A DNA stretch of 57,139 nucleotides from Nitrospirota bacterium (GCA_038059935.1 JBBTIN010000043.1:1-57139), one strand, 5' to 3'; shown: positions 20,511 to 29,721, counted from the stretch's first letter. Notes: generated by a model from the sequence alone, not told the origin. Translations and numbers: made by a program.

Positions 20511-20972
20511 TCAATCTGCCCCCACATTCAACGTTTTAATCAGATCTTTTTTCGGCAGATTAACTCCCGCTTGCTTCATCTCCAATGGCATATAGTCTTC
20601 GGAGTGCTTCGCCATAATCATCTTGGAATGAAACTGCCGATTGGCATCCCAATGCCCCTCCACAACCGCACCTTGTCCCTCTTTGAAAAGATCAGGCGGC
20701 GCGCCTTCATAATAAACCGGAATCGTCTGTTGTCCATCGGACAATTGAAATGTCATTTTCAAACTATTCGGCACGATCTTGACACTCTCTTTCACCACCA
20801 TCCCGGCGACTCGCACTTTTTTTCCATAATATTCAGGAGAAAGGGCAACCACTTCGGACGGCGTATAAAAATAGACCAAGTTCTCGCCAAAATTGGTAAA
20901 CGCCAAGTAGCCCAAACACGCGAGTATCAATACGATACTAATGATCATCGGTTTTCTTTTTTGAGACATCAT
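20511..20972 (-). CDS. ccmE: heme chaperone CcmE
   Basis: 153-aa ORF with an N-terminal TM anchor, an OB-fold core (KKVRVAGMVV, FKEGQGAVVEG) and the heme-binding HxxxY motif in MAKHSEDYMP. Confidence 0.9.
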   Translation of the reverse strand: MMSQKRKPMIISIVLILACLGYLAFTNFGENLVYFYTPSEVVALSPEYYGKKVRVAGMVVKESVKIVPNSLKMTFQLSDGQQTIPVYYEGAPPDLFKEGQGAVVEGHWDANRQFHSKMIMAKHSEDYMPLEMKQAGVNLPKKDLIKTLNVGAD

Positions 20973-21478
20973 GACCCTTCCGGCTGGTAACCTTTTTCCT
21001 CTTTAATCAAGATCGAAAGCATCATCATCTTGCGTTCCATGCCAAATAAAAAAAACACGAGCGGAACAATCGAGACGAGATACGCGGCCAAAATAAATCC
21101 GTAATGGGGATTGGGTGAAATCTTATCGGCGGAAAACGCCATCTTGTTGGGATCAAAAATCCCTTGCAGAACCATCTGTTTTAACTCCCGTAAATTATCG
21201 TCTTCTTTGCCAATATATCGTACCGCGATTTCTGTTTGCCCTTCTTCCAAATTAAAGACCGACTCCAACTCCCCCTTGATTAACGTCCCCGGCACAACCG
21301 TTCCACGCACGCGCACCACTTGATTGGGTCTTTCACGAAGCAACGCTTCAGTAGAAAACGCGGCGACTTCTTTTTCATAACGCAGATAACCCAAAACGCC
21401 AATTGCCCCTAAAATAATCAAAACAATCGCCCACCGAAAATAAATAATCCGAAGCGATTCTCTCTCTCCTAATTTCAT
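20969..21478 (-). CDS. CcmE-like OB-fold protein lacking HxxxY, with a CcmD-like C-terminal TM tail
   Basis: 169-aa ORF in the slot normally held by ccmD, between ccmC and ccmE. N-terminal TM anchor, CcmE-like blocks (VVRVRGTVVPGTL, LKQMVLQGIF), then a TM segment (GFILAAYLVSIVPLVFFLFGM) and a charged tail. Confidence 0.5.
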   Translation of the reverse strand: MKLGERESLRIIYFRWAIVLIILGAIGVLGYLRYEKEVAAFSTEALLRERPNQVVRVRGTVVPGTLIKGELESVFNLEEGQTEIAVRYIGKEDDNLRELKQMVLQGIFDPNKMAFSADKISPNPHYGFILAAYLVSIVPLVFFLFGMERKMMMLSILIKEEKGYQPEGS

Positions 21479-22194
21479 TTCATTCCTTCCGCATTGCTAA
21501 GCAACCCGCCGCGCTTTGCTTCCAAAAGATATTGCAAATAGAGCATCTGGGTGCGAATCATCACCATATAGACGAGAAGGAGCGATGTCCCAATGGCCAT
21601 GAAGAGCAGAGGCTTTAACATCCCCGGTGCAATGCTGACCCCGCGCATGGACACGGATAACGGCTGATGCAATGTCCTCCACCACTCTACTGAAAAATAG
21701 ACAATCGGCAAATCCACAAAACCAATGATGGCCAATACCGCGGCATAAGTGGCCTCTTTTCTTTTGTCATCCACAAAGGTACGGAGCATAAGATAGCCAA
21801 TTAAAATCAATAGCAAGATCATAAACGAGACGAGCCGCGGGTCCCATGTCCACCAAGTGTTCCAAGTCGGCTTCGCCCAGATGGAGCCTGTGATCAGCGC
21901 AATGGCCGTAAAGAAAACACCAACTCCCGCCGCAGCATGAGAGAAATTATCAATGATCGGGTCTTTTTTCCACAGATAAAGACAAGAGCCGATAAAAACG
22001 GTGATGTACGCCAACATTGCGCATTTGGCAAACGGCACATGGACATACATAATCCGCACGACCTCTCCTTGATAATAATCGGCTGGAGAGACGACGAGGC
22101 CTAAATACAGACCGACGAAAATCAAAACGCCCGCGAGTGCACCGATGGGGCCTTCCAACTTTCGACATTTTCCGAGAAAACGCTGCGTAATCAT
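21475..22194 (-). CDS. ccmC: heme exporter protein CcmC
   Basis: 239-aa polytopic ORF with the W-rich motif WNTWWTWDPRL. Confidence 0.93.
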   Translation of the reverse strand: MITQRFLGKCRKLEGPIGALAGVLIFVGLYLGLVVSPADYYQGEVVRIMYVHVPFAKCAMLAYITVFIGSCLYLWKKDPIIDNFSHAAAGVGVFFTAIALITGSIWAKPTWNTWWTWDPRLVSFMILLLILIGYLMLRTFVDDKRKEATYAAVLAIIGFVDLPIVYFSVEWWRTLHQPLSVSMRGVSIAPGMLKPLLFMAIGTSLLLVYMVMIRTQMLYLQYLLEAKRGGLLSNAEGMK

Positions 22195-22210
22195 GAAGTA
22201 GAAAATAAGT

Positions 22211-22888
22211 TTAATCGTTTAAGATAAATTCAAATACCCAAAACGAGGTGATGGTGACGACCATATCAAACACAAAAAGTAACTCGACCCAATGCCGATA
22301 AAAAGAAAATGCCTGCCCGTTTAACACGCCTGCCGTAGACTCCACCGCTCCGATAAACACAGGGACTGAAAGGGGAAGGAGCAGGAGCGGGAACATCACC
22401 TCGCGGGCCCGGGTCTGAACGGTCAGCGCGGAGAAAAGCGTTCCCAATGCGGAAAGGCCAGTCGTTGCAAGAAAGGATACTAACAAAAGCGCCGGAAGTT
22501 TGGCAAGAATATCAAGGTTAAAAAAGAGAATCATCATTGGAAACAAAATGATTTCGACAATCATCATCAGGAGAAGATTGCCCGAAAGCTTCCCCAGATA
22601 GATCGCACCTTTTGAAATCGGCGCCATCTGAAGATACAAAAGACAGTCATGGTGGGTCTCCGCAAGGAACGACTTGCCCAATCCAATGATCGAGGTAAAG
22701 CCAAAGGCAACCCAGATCAATCCGGGAATCAAGATTGGCATGATGTCGCGGTCGGCTGAAAAGCTGAAACTAAAAATGAGGATTACATTCAGCGCGAAGA
22801 AAAACAAAGAGGAGATCGTCTCGCGGCTTCGGATTTCGGAAAGCAGGTCTTTCCAGACGATCCACTTAATGACATTAAAAAAGGGCAT
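22211..22888 (-). CDS. ccmB: heme exporter permease CcmB
   Basis: 225-aa ORF with 6 TM segments between ccmA and ccmC. Overlaps the ccmA stop by 14 nt. Confidence 0.88.
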   Translation of the reverse strand: MPFFNVIKWIVWKDLLSEIRSRETISSLFFFALNVILIFSFSFSADRDIMPILIPGLIWVAFGFTSIIGLGKSFLAETHHDCLLYLQMAPISKGAIYLGKLSGNLLLMMIVEIILFPMMILFFNLDILAKLPALLLVSFLATTGLSALGTLFSALTVQTRAREVMFPLLLLPLSVPVFIGAVESTAGVLNGQAFSFYRHWVELLFVFDMVVTITSFWVFEFILND

Positions 22889-23546
22889 TTTGAAGGTCCG
22901 TTAACGGAATTTCTTTTAATGTTTTATGATGTAAAAGACCGGCGCGATTTGCGATTTGTGCCGTCTTGGCGCGGTCATGACTCGAAAGAATCACCGCAGC
23001 CCCGCGTGCCAAGAAATCACGAATCACCTGGTGCATCATCTCGACTCCGTTTTCATCCAATGCGGTATAAGGCTCATCAAACAAGATCAGTTCCGGCTGG
23101 GCCAAGATCGTTTTGGCCAAAGAAAGCCGTTTTTGCATACCGGCAGAAAGCGTTCGGGTTTTTTGAGAAGCATACGCGCCGATCCCGACCCGATCCAACA
23201 CAGTTTTAATTTCATTCAATGGCGGAAGTCTTCCGCGAATACCGATTGCAAATTCAATGTTTTCAATGGCCGTTAAATCATCATACAGAAACGATCCATG
23301 TCCGACAAAAAAAATAGACGCGCGAACGGTATCCCGATCACGCACTGCGTCTTTTCCAAGAATGGAAAGTTGTCCCTGTGTCGGCGAAAGGAGTGTGGCA
23401 AATATTTTCATCAGTGTGGTTTTCCCCGCGCCGTTTGGGCCAAAGAGCGCGAAACAATCGCCCGGATTGATCTCTAACGAGACTCCCTTTAGCGCGTGAA
23501 AAAAACCGTAAGCGTGTGATACGTTTTCTGAAAGCAACGAGACCAT
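22875..23546 (-). CDS. ccmA: heme exporter ATP-binding protein CcmA
   Basis: 223-aa ABC ATPase with Walker A GPNGAGKTT, signature LSAGMQKRL and Walker B LILFDEP. Confidence 0.9.
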   Translation of the reverse strand: MVSLLSENVSHAYGFFHALKGVSLEINPGDCFALFGPNGAGKTTLMKIFATLLSPTQGQLSILGKDAVRDRDTVRASIFFVGHGSFLYDDLTAIENIEFAIGIRGRLPPLNEIKTVLDRVGIGAYASQKTRTLSAGMQKRLSLAKTILAQPELILFDEPYTALDENGVEMMHQVIRDFLARGAAVILSSHDRAKTAQIANRAGLLHHKTLKEIPLTDLQNALF

Positions 23547-23883
23547 TCGATTCGATTTTCCATCTCAACAAAGTGCATCTCTAAAGACGGGCGGATCGTA
23601 TCATCCCAATCAGAAAGGGTCAAGAAGCCGAATCGCGCCATGCAGGGCCACCTCATGAATATTTTTCATGAATGACTAAATCCAGTGTATGATTATTCCA
23701 CCCGTACATTTCTCTCAAATCTCGGTTCGTAGTCTGGATGAGGACAATGATCCACCCATATGGTACCATTTTTATAGGGCTCGACAGAGAAGCGTTTGCC
23801 TTATTACGATTCGTTTGTGTATGATCGAAAAATGTGGGTTAAAGTCGCGCCCATTTTATTCATAATCATTAAGGAGGGGGGAA

Positions 23884-24831
23884 ATGATTCGCATTGTCCT
23901 TTTTGCTTTATCCGTTAGTTTGTTTTTTTCGAATGTCGCACTTGCGGCCGATATGCGATGGTATCTCACGCCAGGGGCTGCTTACATTATGGAAGATAAA
24001 GATCGCGATGCCGACAATAGTATCGGGTTTCAATTGGGAGTGGGAAAGCCCATTAGCGACAATCTCAATATCGAGTTGACCGCTGTTTTAGACTCGCTTC
24101 CACGGGATTGGGATTCTTCCGAATTCGATCAAACAGGTTTGCTGCTCGACGCGCTCTATTTCTTTTCGCACGGGCAAAGGATTTCTACGTATGGTGTGCT
24201 CGGAGGGGGCGTTCTCCAGACAAGATTTAAGACAGACAAGGGAATCGCTCCAATGGTGAATGCGGGAATCGGGGTGATGAGTCGGCTTTGGAAGGAGCGC
24301 GTTGGCTTGCGTGGCGATATCAGATACCGAATTGATGAACGCAATCTGGATCTAGTCGGAGAAAAATCTTTTGGCGATTGGATTGTCAATGTCGGCTTCG
24401 TCGTCCCAATCGGTGGAGGAATTAGTGTGGGAAAGAAGTCTTTCACGGGTGAAACGACAAAGAAGATTAAACTGGATCTCTCAAGCGGTTCTCCCATTGT
24501 ATTAAAAGGGGTTAACTTTGAGTTGGGGTCTGATCGTTTGCTTCCAGAGTCGCTGCCGATTTTAGACGAAGTGGCTGCAACATTACAAAAGCATTCCAAG
24601 GTGTCTGTCGAACTGGCTGGGCATACGGATAATTCTGGGCCTGCCGAATTCAATCAAGGGTTATCGCAAAGACGTGCCGCATCGGTTATGGAATACTTGA
24701 TTGGCAAGGGGGTCTCGAAGGATCGCCTTCAGGCAGCGGGTTATGGATCACAAATGCCAATTGCCGACAATGGAACCCCTGAAGGCATGGCCCAAAATCG
24801 TCGCGTCGAACTAAACGTTTTGAAAAAATAA
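23884..24831 (+). CDS. OmpA-family outer membrane protein
   Basis: 315-aa ORF with a signal peptide (ALA-AD), an N-terminal beta-barrel-like region and a C-terminal OmpA domain (GHTDNSGPAEFNQGLSQRRAASV, NRRVEL). SD AAGGAGGGGGG. Confidence 0.9.
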   Translation: MIRIVLFALSVSLFFSNVALAADMRWYLTPGAAYIMEDKDRDADNSIGFQLGVGKPISDNLNIELTAVLDSLPRDWDSSEFDQTGLLLDALYFFSHGQRISTYGVLGGGVLQTRFKTDKGIAPMVNAGIGVMSRLWKERVGLRGDIRYRIDERNLDLVGEKSFGDWIVNVGFVVPIGGGISVGKKSFTGETTKKIKLDLSSGSPIVLKGVNFELGSDRLLPESLPILDEVAATLQKHSKVSVELAGHTDNSGPAEFNQGLSQRRAASVMEYLIGKGVSKDRLQAAGYGSQMPIADNGTPEGMAQNRRVELNVLKK

Positions 24832-24843
24832 ATTCACCAATCG

Positions 24844-24883
24844 TTTTTTTGTAAGGGCGGGGTCACCCCGCCCTTACAAAAAC
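24844..24883. other. long perfect palindrome downstream of the ompA-family gene (atypical terminator or REP)
   Basis: TTTTTGTAAGGGCGGGG-tcac-CCCCGCCCTTACAAAAA, a 17-bp perfect stem. The T-tract precedes and the A-tract follows on both strands, so no U-tail follows the hairpin in either direction. Confidence 0.6.
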
Positions 24884-24970
24884 GCCCTTCCATCCGGCAG
24901 AACCTGCCTACTTTCTCCAAAAAACAACGGATTCATCATAAAATAGCCACTCATAGCGCATATTTTCATC

Positions 24971-24985
24971 TGGCATCACTATTGC
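24971..24985 (+). promoter_or_regulatory. candidate sigma-54 (-24/-12) promoter of the flgF operon
   Basis: TGGCATC-acta-TTGC, with the GG and GC separated by exactly 10 nt as in the consensus TGGCACG-N4-TTGCW. It lies about 64 nt upstream of the flgF ATG. Confidence 0.6.
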
Positions 24986-25048
24986 TTAATCACATGTAGA
25001 AGGTCGTGCTTAGTCAGATCAGCACAATTATTTACAGGAGATTTTGTC

Positions 25049-25831
25049 ATGGATCCCATATTTCTTTATCCGGCGGCTGCCGCACAGCATGTGATGGAAA
25101 AACGGATGGAGGTTATTTCAAATAATCTGGCCAACGTCAGCACAACCGGGTTTCGCAAAGATATACCGATTTTTGGTGTGAAGGTTGCCATATTGGCCAA
25201 GGCCCATTCGCTTGGCGGGGCCTCTGATCCCGTGGGCGGAAATTCCCTGTTGCCCATTCCTTCCTATCCCGTGCTCGATGAAGTGGTGACCGATTTTTCA
25301 CAAGGCGTTACCCGTGTCACCGATAATCCTTTGGATGTTGCGATTGCGGGAAAAGGTTTTTTTCAGATTCAGACAGACGGAGGCATTCGATATACAAGAA
25401 ACGGATCGTTTCGCGTTTCAACGGAAGGGCAATTGGTGACGCAAAGCGGCGATCCAGTTTTAGGGGAAGGCGGCGTAATTGATTTACCACAGGGGATGGT
25501 CATGATTGATGAAGAGGGCAATATTTCAGTCAAGACGGCAGAGGCCAAAGGCCCCGTTCCGGTCAACAAGTTATCGGTAGTGAATGTGGAGGAGCCGTTC
25601 AAACTCAAGAAAATCGGGGATAATCTATTTGAGATTATTTCCGGGACTGCGGTTCCTTTTGAGGGAAAGCTGCGGCAAGGGGTCCTGGAAGGGTCCAATG
25701 TCAATCCAATTACCGAAATGGTTGCGATGATCCTTGCGATGCGGCAATACGAAGCGGCACAAAAAGCGATGCACGGTGCCGATGATATTGCCACTCAAAA
25801 TGTGAATCGGGTTGGGCAATTAAGAGCATAG
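25049..25831 (+). CDS. flgF: flagellar basal-body rod protein FlgF
   Basis: 260-aa ORF with the N-terminal rod motif ISNNLANVSTTGFRKD and a conserved C-terminal helix. Immediately upstream of flgG. Confidence 0.9.
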   Translation: MDPIFLYPAAAAQHVMEKRMEVISNNLANVSTTGFRKDIPIFGVKVAILAKAHSLGGASDPVGGNSLLPIPSYPVLDEVVTDFSQGVTRVTDNPLDVAIAGKGFFQIQTDGGIRYTRNGSFRVSTEGQLVTQSGDPVLGEGGVIDLPQGMVMIDEEGNISVKTAEAKGPVPVNKLSVVNVEEPFKLKKIGDNLFEIISGTAVPFEGKLRQGVLEGSNVNPITEMVAMILAMRQYEAAQKAMHGADDIATQNVNRVGQLRA

Positions 25832-25843
25832 GAGGGCGAAGCC

Positions 25844-26629
25844 ATGATGCGTTCATTATATATTGCAACAACGGGGATGGCGGCACAACAAACATCCATT
25901 GAGGTCATTTCCAACAACTTGGCGAATGTCAGCACAACCGGCTTTAAGAAAAGCTCGGCGGAGTTTCACGAATTGCTCTATCAAACCTTTCGGCCAGCTG
26001 GCGCGCAAAGAACATCCGGTATTTTGCCGGTGGGGATTCAAGTGGGACTGGGGGTTCAGCCCATGTCGGCCCATAAAACGTTTGCACAGGGTAATTTGGA
26101 ACATACCCACAATCCACTCGATATTGCCATTGAAGGAGACGGTTTTTTCCAAGTCACGCTTCCAAATGGTAATACGGCTTATACGCGAACGGGGTCGTTT
26201 GAACTCAATAATGAAGGAACCGTTGTGACAAAAGAAGGCTTGCCATTACTGCCAGCGATTGCAATTGCATCGGGAACAAAACATCTCGCGATCTCTCCTG
26301 AGGGGGTGGTCTCCGGGGTTCTGGCCGGCGCGACCGAAGCGACGGTGATTGGAACGATTGAGCTTGCGCGGTTTATCAATCCTGCGGGGTTAGACTCGTT
26401 GGGGAAAAATCTTTTTCAGGAGACCACAGCATCGGGCGGGCCATTGACTGGCGCACCAGGCTTAGAGGGATTTGGAGAATTACAGCATACATTTTTGGAA
26501 AGCTCCAACGTCAATATTGCGGAAGAGATGGTTAAAATGATTGTTGCCCAGCGGGCTTACGAATTGAATTCTAAAGCCATTCAGACATCAGACGAAATGT
26601 TGTCGTTGGTCAATACACTCAAAAGATAA
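25844..26629 (+). CDS. flgG: flagellar distal rod protein FlgG
   Basis: 261-aa ORF with MMRSLYIATTGMAAQQTSIEVISNNLANVSTTGFKK and the C-terminal SNVNIAEEMVKMIVAQRAYELNSK. Confidence 0.95.
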   Translation: MMRSLYIATTGMAAQQTSIEVISNNLANVSTTGFKKSSAEFHELLYQTFRPAGAQRTSGILPVGIQVGLGVQPMSAHKTFAQGNLEHTHNPLDIAIEGDGFFQVTLPNGNTAYTRTGSFELNNEGTVVTKEGLPLLPAIAIASGTKHLAISPEGVVSGVLAGATEATVIGTIELARFINPAGLDSLGKNLFQETTASGGPLTGAPGLEGFGELQHTFLESSNVNIAEEMVKMIVAQRAYELNSKAIQTSDEMLSLVNTLKR

Positions 26630-26642
26630 GGAGGAATAGACA

Positions 26643-27386
26643 ATGGTCAAGCCAATTTTCAAAGGGGTCGTTTTTTCACTGATGCTATTTTTGCCCGTCG
26701 GAACAACGATGGGAGAGGCCATGCTTTCAAAAGATGCGGTGGCTGATAAAATGAAGATTGCTATTCGTGATTATATTTCTGATCGCTTTCGAAAAGATCC
26801 GATTCGTATTCAAGTGAGGGGAATGACACCGATTCTGACTGGAAAAATTGTTTCAAACGAAGATCAAGTCGAGGTGAAGCGTGGCCCGGAAGGAGAGGGG
26901 ACAAAAGGATTTGTCGGACGAAAACTTTTTTTAATCTCGGTCAAACAAGATAACGGACGATCCAACGATTATTGGGTGACGGCCGAAGTTGCGGTTTCAC
27001 GAAAGGTTTTAGTGGCAAGCCGTTCCATCAAAAGAAAAGAGCGAATTGATGCCGAAGTGTTGACAGAATTGACCTACGAGCAGACTGAACCGAATGTCTC
27101 CTATGTGGATGACCCAGAGCAGCTTTTAGGCAAACAAGCCACGCGGCCGATTTTGCCCGGCGTTCCGATTACAGACGACATGGTGGAGGATTCTCCGCTG
27201 ATTAGCCGCGGCGATCGGATTACGCTGTTTGCCGAAGCGGATGGGCTGATTGTTTCCACTTCTGTTCGTGCGAAAGAAGAGGGCTTTTTAGGAAAACAAA
27301 TTGCGGTGAGTCCTATGAGTGGCAATGGACAAAAAGTGCTTTATGGAACCGTTGTGAGTCCTTCGCGGGTAAAAGTGGAGTTTTAA
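26643..27386 (+). CDS. flgA: flagellar P-ring assembly chaperone FlgA
   Basis: 247-aa ORF with a signal peptide and a SAF/FlgA-type C-terminal region (LISRGDRITL...). Lies between flgG and flgH. Confidence 0.75.
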   Translation: MVKPIFKGVVFSLMLFLPVGTTMGEAMLSKDAVADKMKIAIRDYISDRFRKDPIRIQVRGMTPILTGKIVSNEDQVEVKRGPEGEGTKGFVGRKLFLISVKQDNGRSNDYWVTAEVAVSRKVLVASRSIKRKERIDAEVLTELTYEQTEPNVSYVDDPEQLLGKQATRPILPGVPITDDMVEDSPLISRGDRITLFAEADGLIVSTSVRAKEEGFLGKQIAVSPMSGNGQKVLYGTVVSPSRVKVEF

Positions 27387-27387
27387 G

Positions 27388-28059
27388 ATGAAAGGGAACT
27401 TCTCAAAAATAATGCCGATTGGTTTGGTCGTTCTGGCCTTTGGGTGCGCGTCGAAGACATTGCAGATTGCGACGCCGACACCGGGTGAAGTCGCCTTGTC
27501 AAAAATTGCAGGGCCGTTTGAACGATCAGAAGGGTCTCTTTGGGCAGATAGCACCTCGCGGCCGTTTCTTTTTGTTGACCTTCGTGCTAGCCATGTCGGT
27601 GATCTGGTGACGGTCAAGGTCAGCGAAAATGCAAAGGCCACCAAACAGACCGGAACCAAATCCGCGCGAGACGCTAAAATCAAGGGCAGTTTAGATTATG
27701 CCCTAAAAGGCGGAGATGGAAAATCAGAGATTGGCACCGGGTTTACCAATAAATATGATGGCTCTGGTTCAACCAGTCGAAGCGGCGCGTTTACCGCCGA
27801 TGTCCCCTCCGTGATTACCGCCATCTTGCCAAACGGAAACATGGTGATTGAGGGGGTGCGTGAGGTTTTACTCAATAATGAGAAGGAGATTATTACGATC
27901 AAAGGGATTGTCCGTCCGGAAGATATTGATACGACCAATACGATTCCATCCAGCAAAATTGCCGATGCAAAGATTGAATATACCGGTAAAGGGGTATTAA
28001 ACGAAGCCGCCCGTCAGGGCTGGTTTGGCCGATTGTTAAATTGGATTGCACCATTATAA
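27388..28059 (+). CDS. flgH: flagellar L-ring lipoprotein FlgH
   Basis: 223-aa ORF with lipobox LAFGC and FlgH blocks (DLRASHVGDLVTVKVSE, ILPNGNMVIEG, ITIKGIVRPEDI). Confidence 0.92.
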   Translation: MKGNFSKIMPIGLVVLAFGCASKTLQIATPTPGEVALSKIAGPFERSEGSLWADSTSRPFLFVDLRASHVGDLVTVKVSENAKATKQTGTKSARDAKIKGSLDYALKGGDGKSEIGTGFTNKYDGSGSTSRSGAFTADVPSVITAILPNGNMVIEGVREVLLNNEKEIITIKGIVRPEDIDTTNTIPSSKIADAKIEYTGKGVLNEAARQGWFGRLLNWIAPL

Positions 28060-28071
28060 AGAGAGATTCCA

Positions 28072-29223
28072 ATGCGTTTTTTAAAACAAAAAACAAGACG
28101 ATTTCTCACGGGGCTTCTTTCTGGCCTGATGATTTTTAGTGCCGCAACACCGGCATTTGCCGTTCGGATTAAGGATGTTGCCGATGTGTCGGGGGTGCGC
28201 AGTAATAACATCATTGGATATGGATTGGTGGTGGGCTTGGCGGGGACTGGGGATAAAACCGGTACCCTTTTTACGACGCAATCATTAGCCAGTATGTTGA
28301 CGCGAATGGGGATCACGATAGACCCCGGTAAGCTTAAGGTGAAAAATGTTGCAGCGGTGATGGTCACTGCGAAGCTTGCTCCTTTTGCGAAGCCCGGCTC
28401 GCGCTTGGATGTCACGCTTTCTTCGTTGGGAGATGCCGCATCGTTGCAGGGGGGAACCCTCTTGATTACGCCGTTGAAAGGCCCCGATCAGGTGGTCTAT
28501 GCGGTGGCGCAGGGCGATATTTCTGTCGGCGGATTTGTCGGAGGAGAAGAGGATAAAGTTCAGAAAAATCATCCAACGGTCGGAAGAATCCCGTCGGGTG
28601 GGACGATAGAACGAGCCGTTCCAAACACCTTTAACGAGAAAGAAACGATCTCATTTATGCTGCGCGACCCTGACTTTACAACGGCAACCCGATTGGCCGA
28701 TGTGATTAACAAGCAGATGAGAAAGATCAGTCCAGAGTCATCGGAAGAAGGATTCCCTCCTCCGGCAAAGGCATCTGATTCTGGCTCGGTTGATATTGCC
28801 GTTCCGGAAATTTATAAAGGACGAATTGTCGAGTTCCTTGCTCAACTGGAGGTGTTGGATATCAAGGTTGATTTGCCGGCGCGCATTGTCGTCAATGAAC
28901 GGGCGGGAACGATTGTCATGGGAGCAAATGTGAAGATTCGCGATGTCGCGATTGCGCATGGGAATCTCACGATTGAGGTCAAGAACGAGCCGCAGGTGTC
29001 TCAACCGAATGCGCTTTCTCTTGGCACAACAGTTGAAACCAAAAAAGAGGACACAAAAGTGACCGAGGAGAAGGCAAATGTGTTAGTCTTTAAGGGTGGG
29101 CCGACCATTGGCACATTGGTGGCCGCGCTCAAAGCGATTGGCGTAACACCGCGAGATTTGATTTCGATCTTGCAAGCGATTAAAGTGGCCGGGGCATTGG
29201 AGGCTCAACTCGAGATAATATAA
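28072..29223 (+). CDS. flgI: flagellar P-ring protein FlgI
   Basis: 383-aa ORF with a signal peptide and VRIKDVADVSGVRSNNIIGYGLVVGLAGTGD. Confidence 0.95.
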   Translation: MRFLKQKTRRFLTGLLSGLMIFSAATPAFAVRIKDVADVSGVRSNNIIGYGLVVGLAGTGDKTGTLFTTQSLASMLTRMGITIDPGKLKVKNVAAVMVTAKLAPFAKPGSRLDVTLSSLGDAASLQGGTLLITPLKGPDQVVYAVAQGDISVGGFVGGEEDKVQKNHPTVGRIPSGGTIERAVPNTFNEKETISFMLRDPDFTTATRLADVINKQMRKISPESSEEGFPPPAKASDSGSVDIAVPEIYKGRIVEFLAQLEVLDIKVDLPARIVVNERAGTIVMGANVKIRDVAIAHGNLTIEVKNEPQVSQPNALSLGTTVETKKEDTKVTEEKANVLVFKGGPTIGTLVAALKAIGVTPRDLISILQAIKVAGALEAQLEII

Positions 29224-29303
29224 GTGGCAACGGCCACTTCGAGGACGACTGCTTCGCAGTCTATCCCCGCTTCTCGCAGGGGACGCTCCCCCGTTGGTCG
29301 CGG
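29224..29303 (+). repeat. REP-like element, copy B (inside the flg operon, between flgI and flgJ)
   Basis: Starts directly after the flgI stop. Modules in order: hairpin GTGGC-aacg-GCCAC, GACTGC-ttc-GCAGTC, TATCCCC, an extra module CGCAGGGGACGCTCCCC, then CCGTTGGTCGCGG. Same module order as copies A, E and F on the opposite strand. Confidence 0.8.
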
Positions 29304-29337
29304 TAAATGTTTGTGACGGCACAAAAAAGAGGGTTAT

Positions 29338-29721
29338 ATGAATTCGATTGACGTTACCACAAAAAACGAAGCGATATCTCCTTTGCGAAAAGCGGGGGCG
29401 GATGCCGAGGATAAGAAACTAAAAGCGGCTGCACAGTCGTTTGAGGCATTTTTTATTGCAATGTTGTTGAAAGAGATGCAAAAGAGCGCAGGCGGCAATG
29501 GGCTTTTTGGAAAAGGGACACAGGGAGAGGTCTATTCGCAGCTTTTTAATGAGGCAATGTCGAATCAAATGGCCACGCAAAATACGGTCGGGGTTGCTCA
29601 ATTGATGATGAAACATTTGGGGAAAAACGGAGATATGTCAACTGTGACCAATGAAAAAACGGTTCATGACATGAAAAATATGTTGCTTTACGCTAAACCT
29701 TTTGACCAAAACATCCGATAA
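29338..29721 (+). CDS. flgJ: rod-binding protein (FlgJ N-terminal domain only, no muramidase domain)
   Basis: 127-aa ORF with the rod-binding block AAAQSFEAFFIAMLLKEMQKS. It follows flgI. Confidence 0.75.
   Translation: MNSIDVTTKNEAISPLRKAGADAEDKKLKAAAQSFEAFFIAMLLKEMQKSAGGNGLFGKGTQGEVYSQLFNEAMSNQMATQNTVGVAQLMMKHLGKNGDMSTVTNEKTVHDMKNMLLYAKPFDQNIR
29694..29721 (+). promoter_or_regulatory. candidate sigma-28 (FliA) promoter of flgM
   Basis: TAAACCTT-N12-TCCGATAA, compared with the consensus TAAAGTTT-N11-GCCGATAA. The -10 overlaps the flgJ stop codon, about 50 nt upstream of the flgM ATG. Confidence 0.45.

Noticed and set aside
23649-23665. CATGAA-tattt-TTCATG dyad in the ccmA/ompA divergent region as a regulator site
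   Set aside because: The arms are only 6 bp in an AT-rich spacer, I recognise no matching consensus, and there is no second copy. This is too weak to call.
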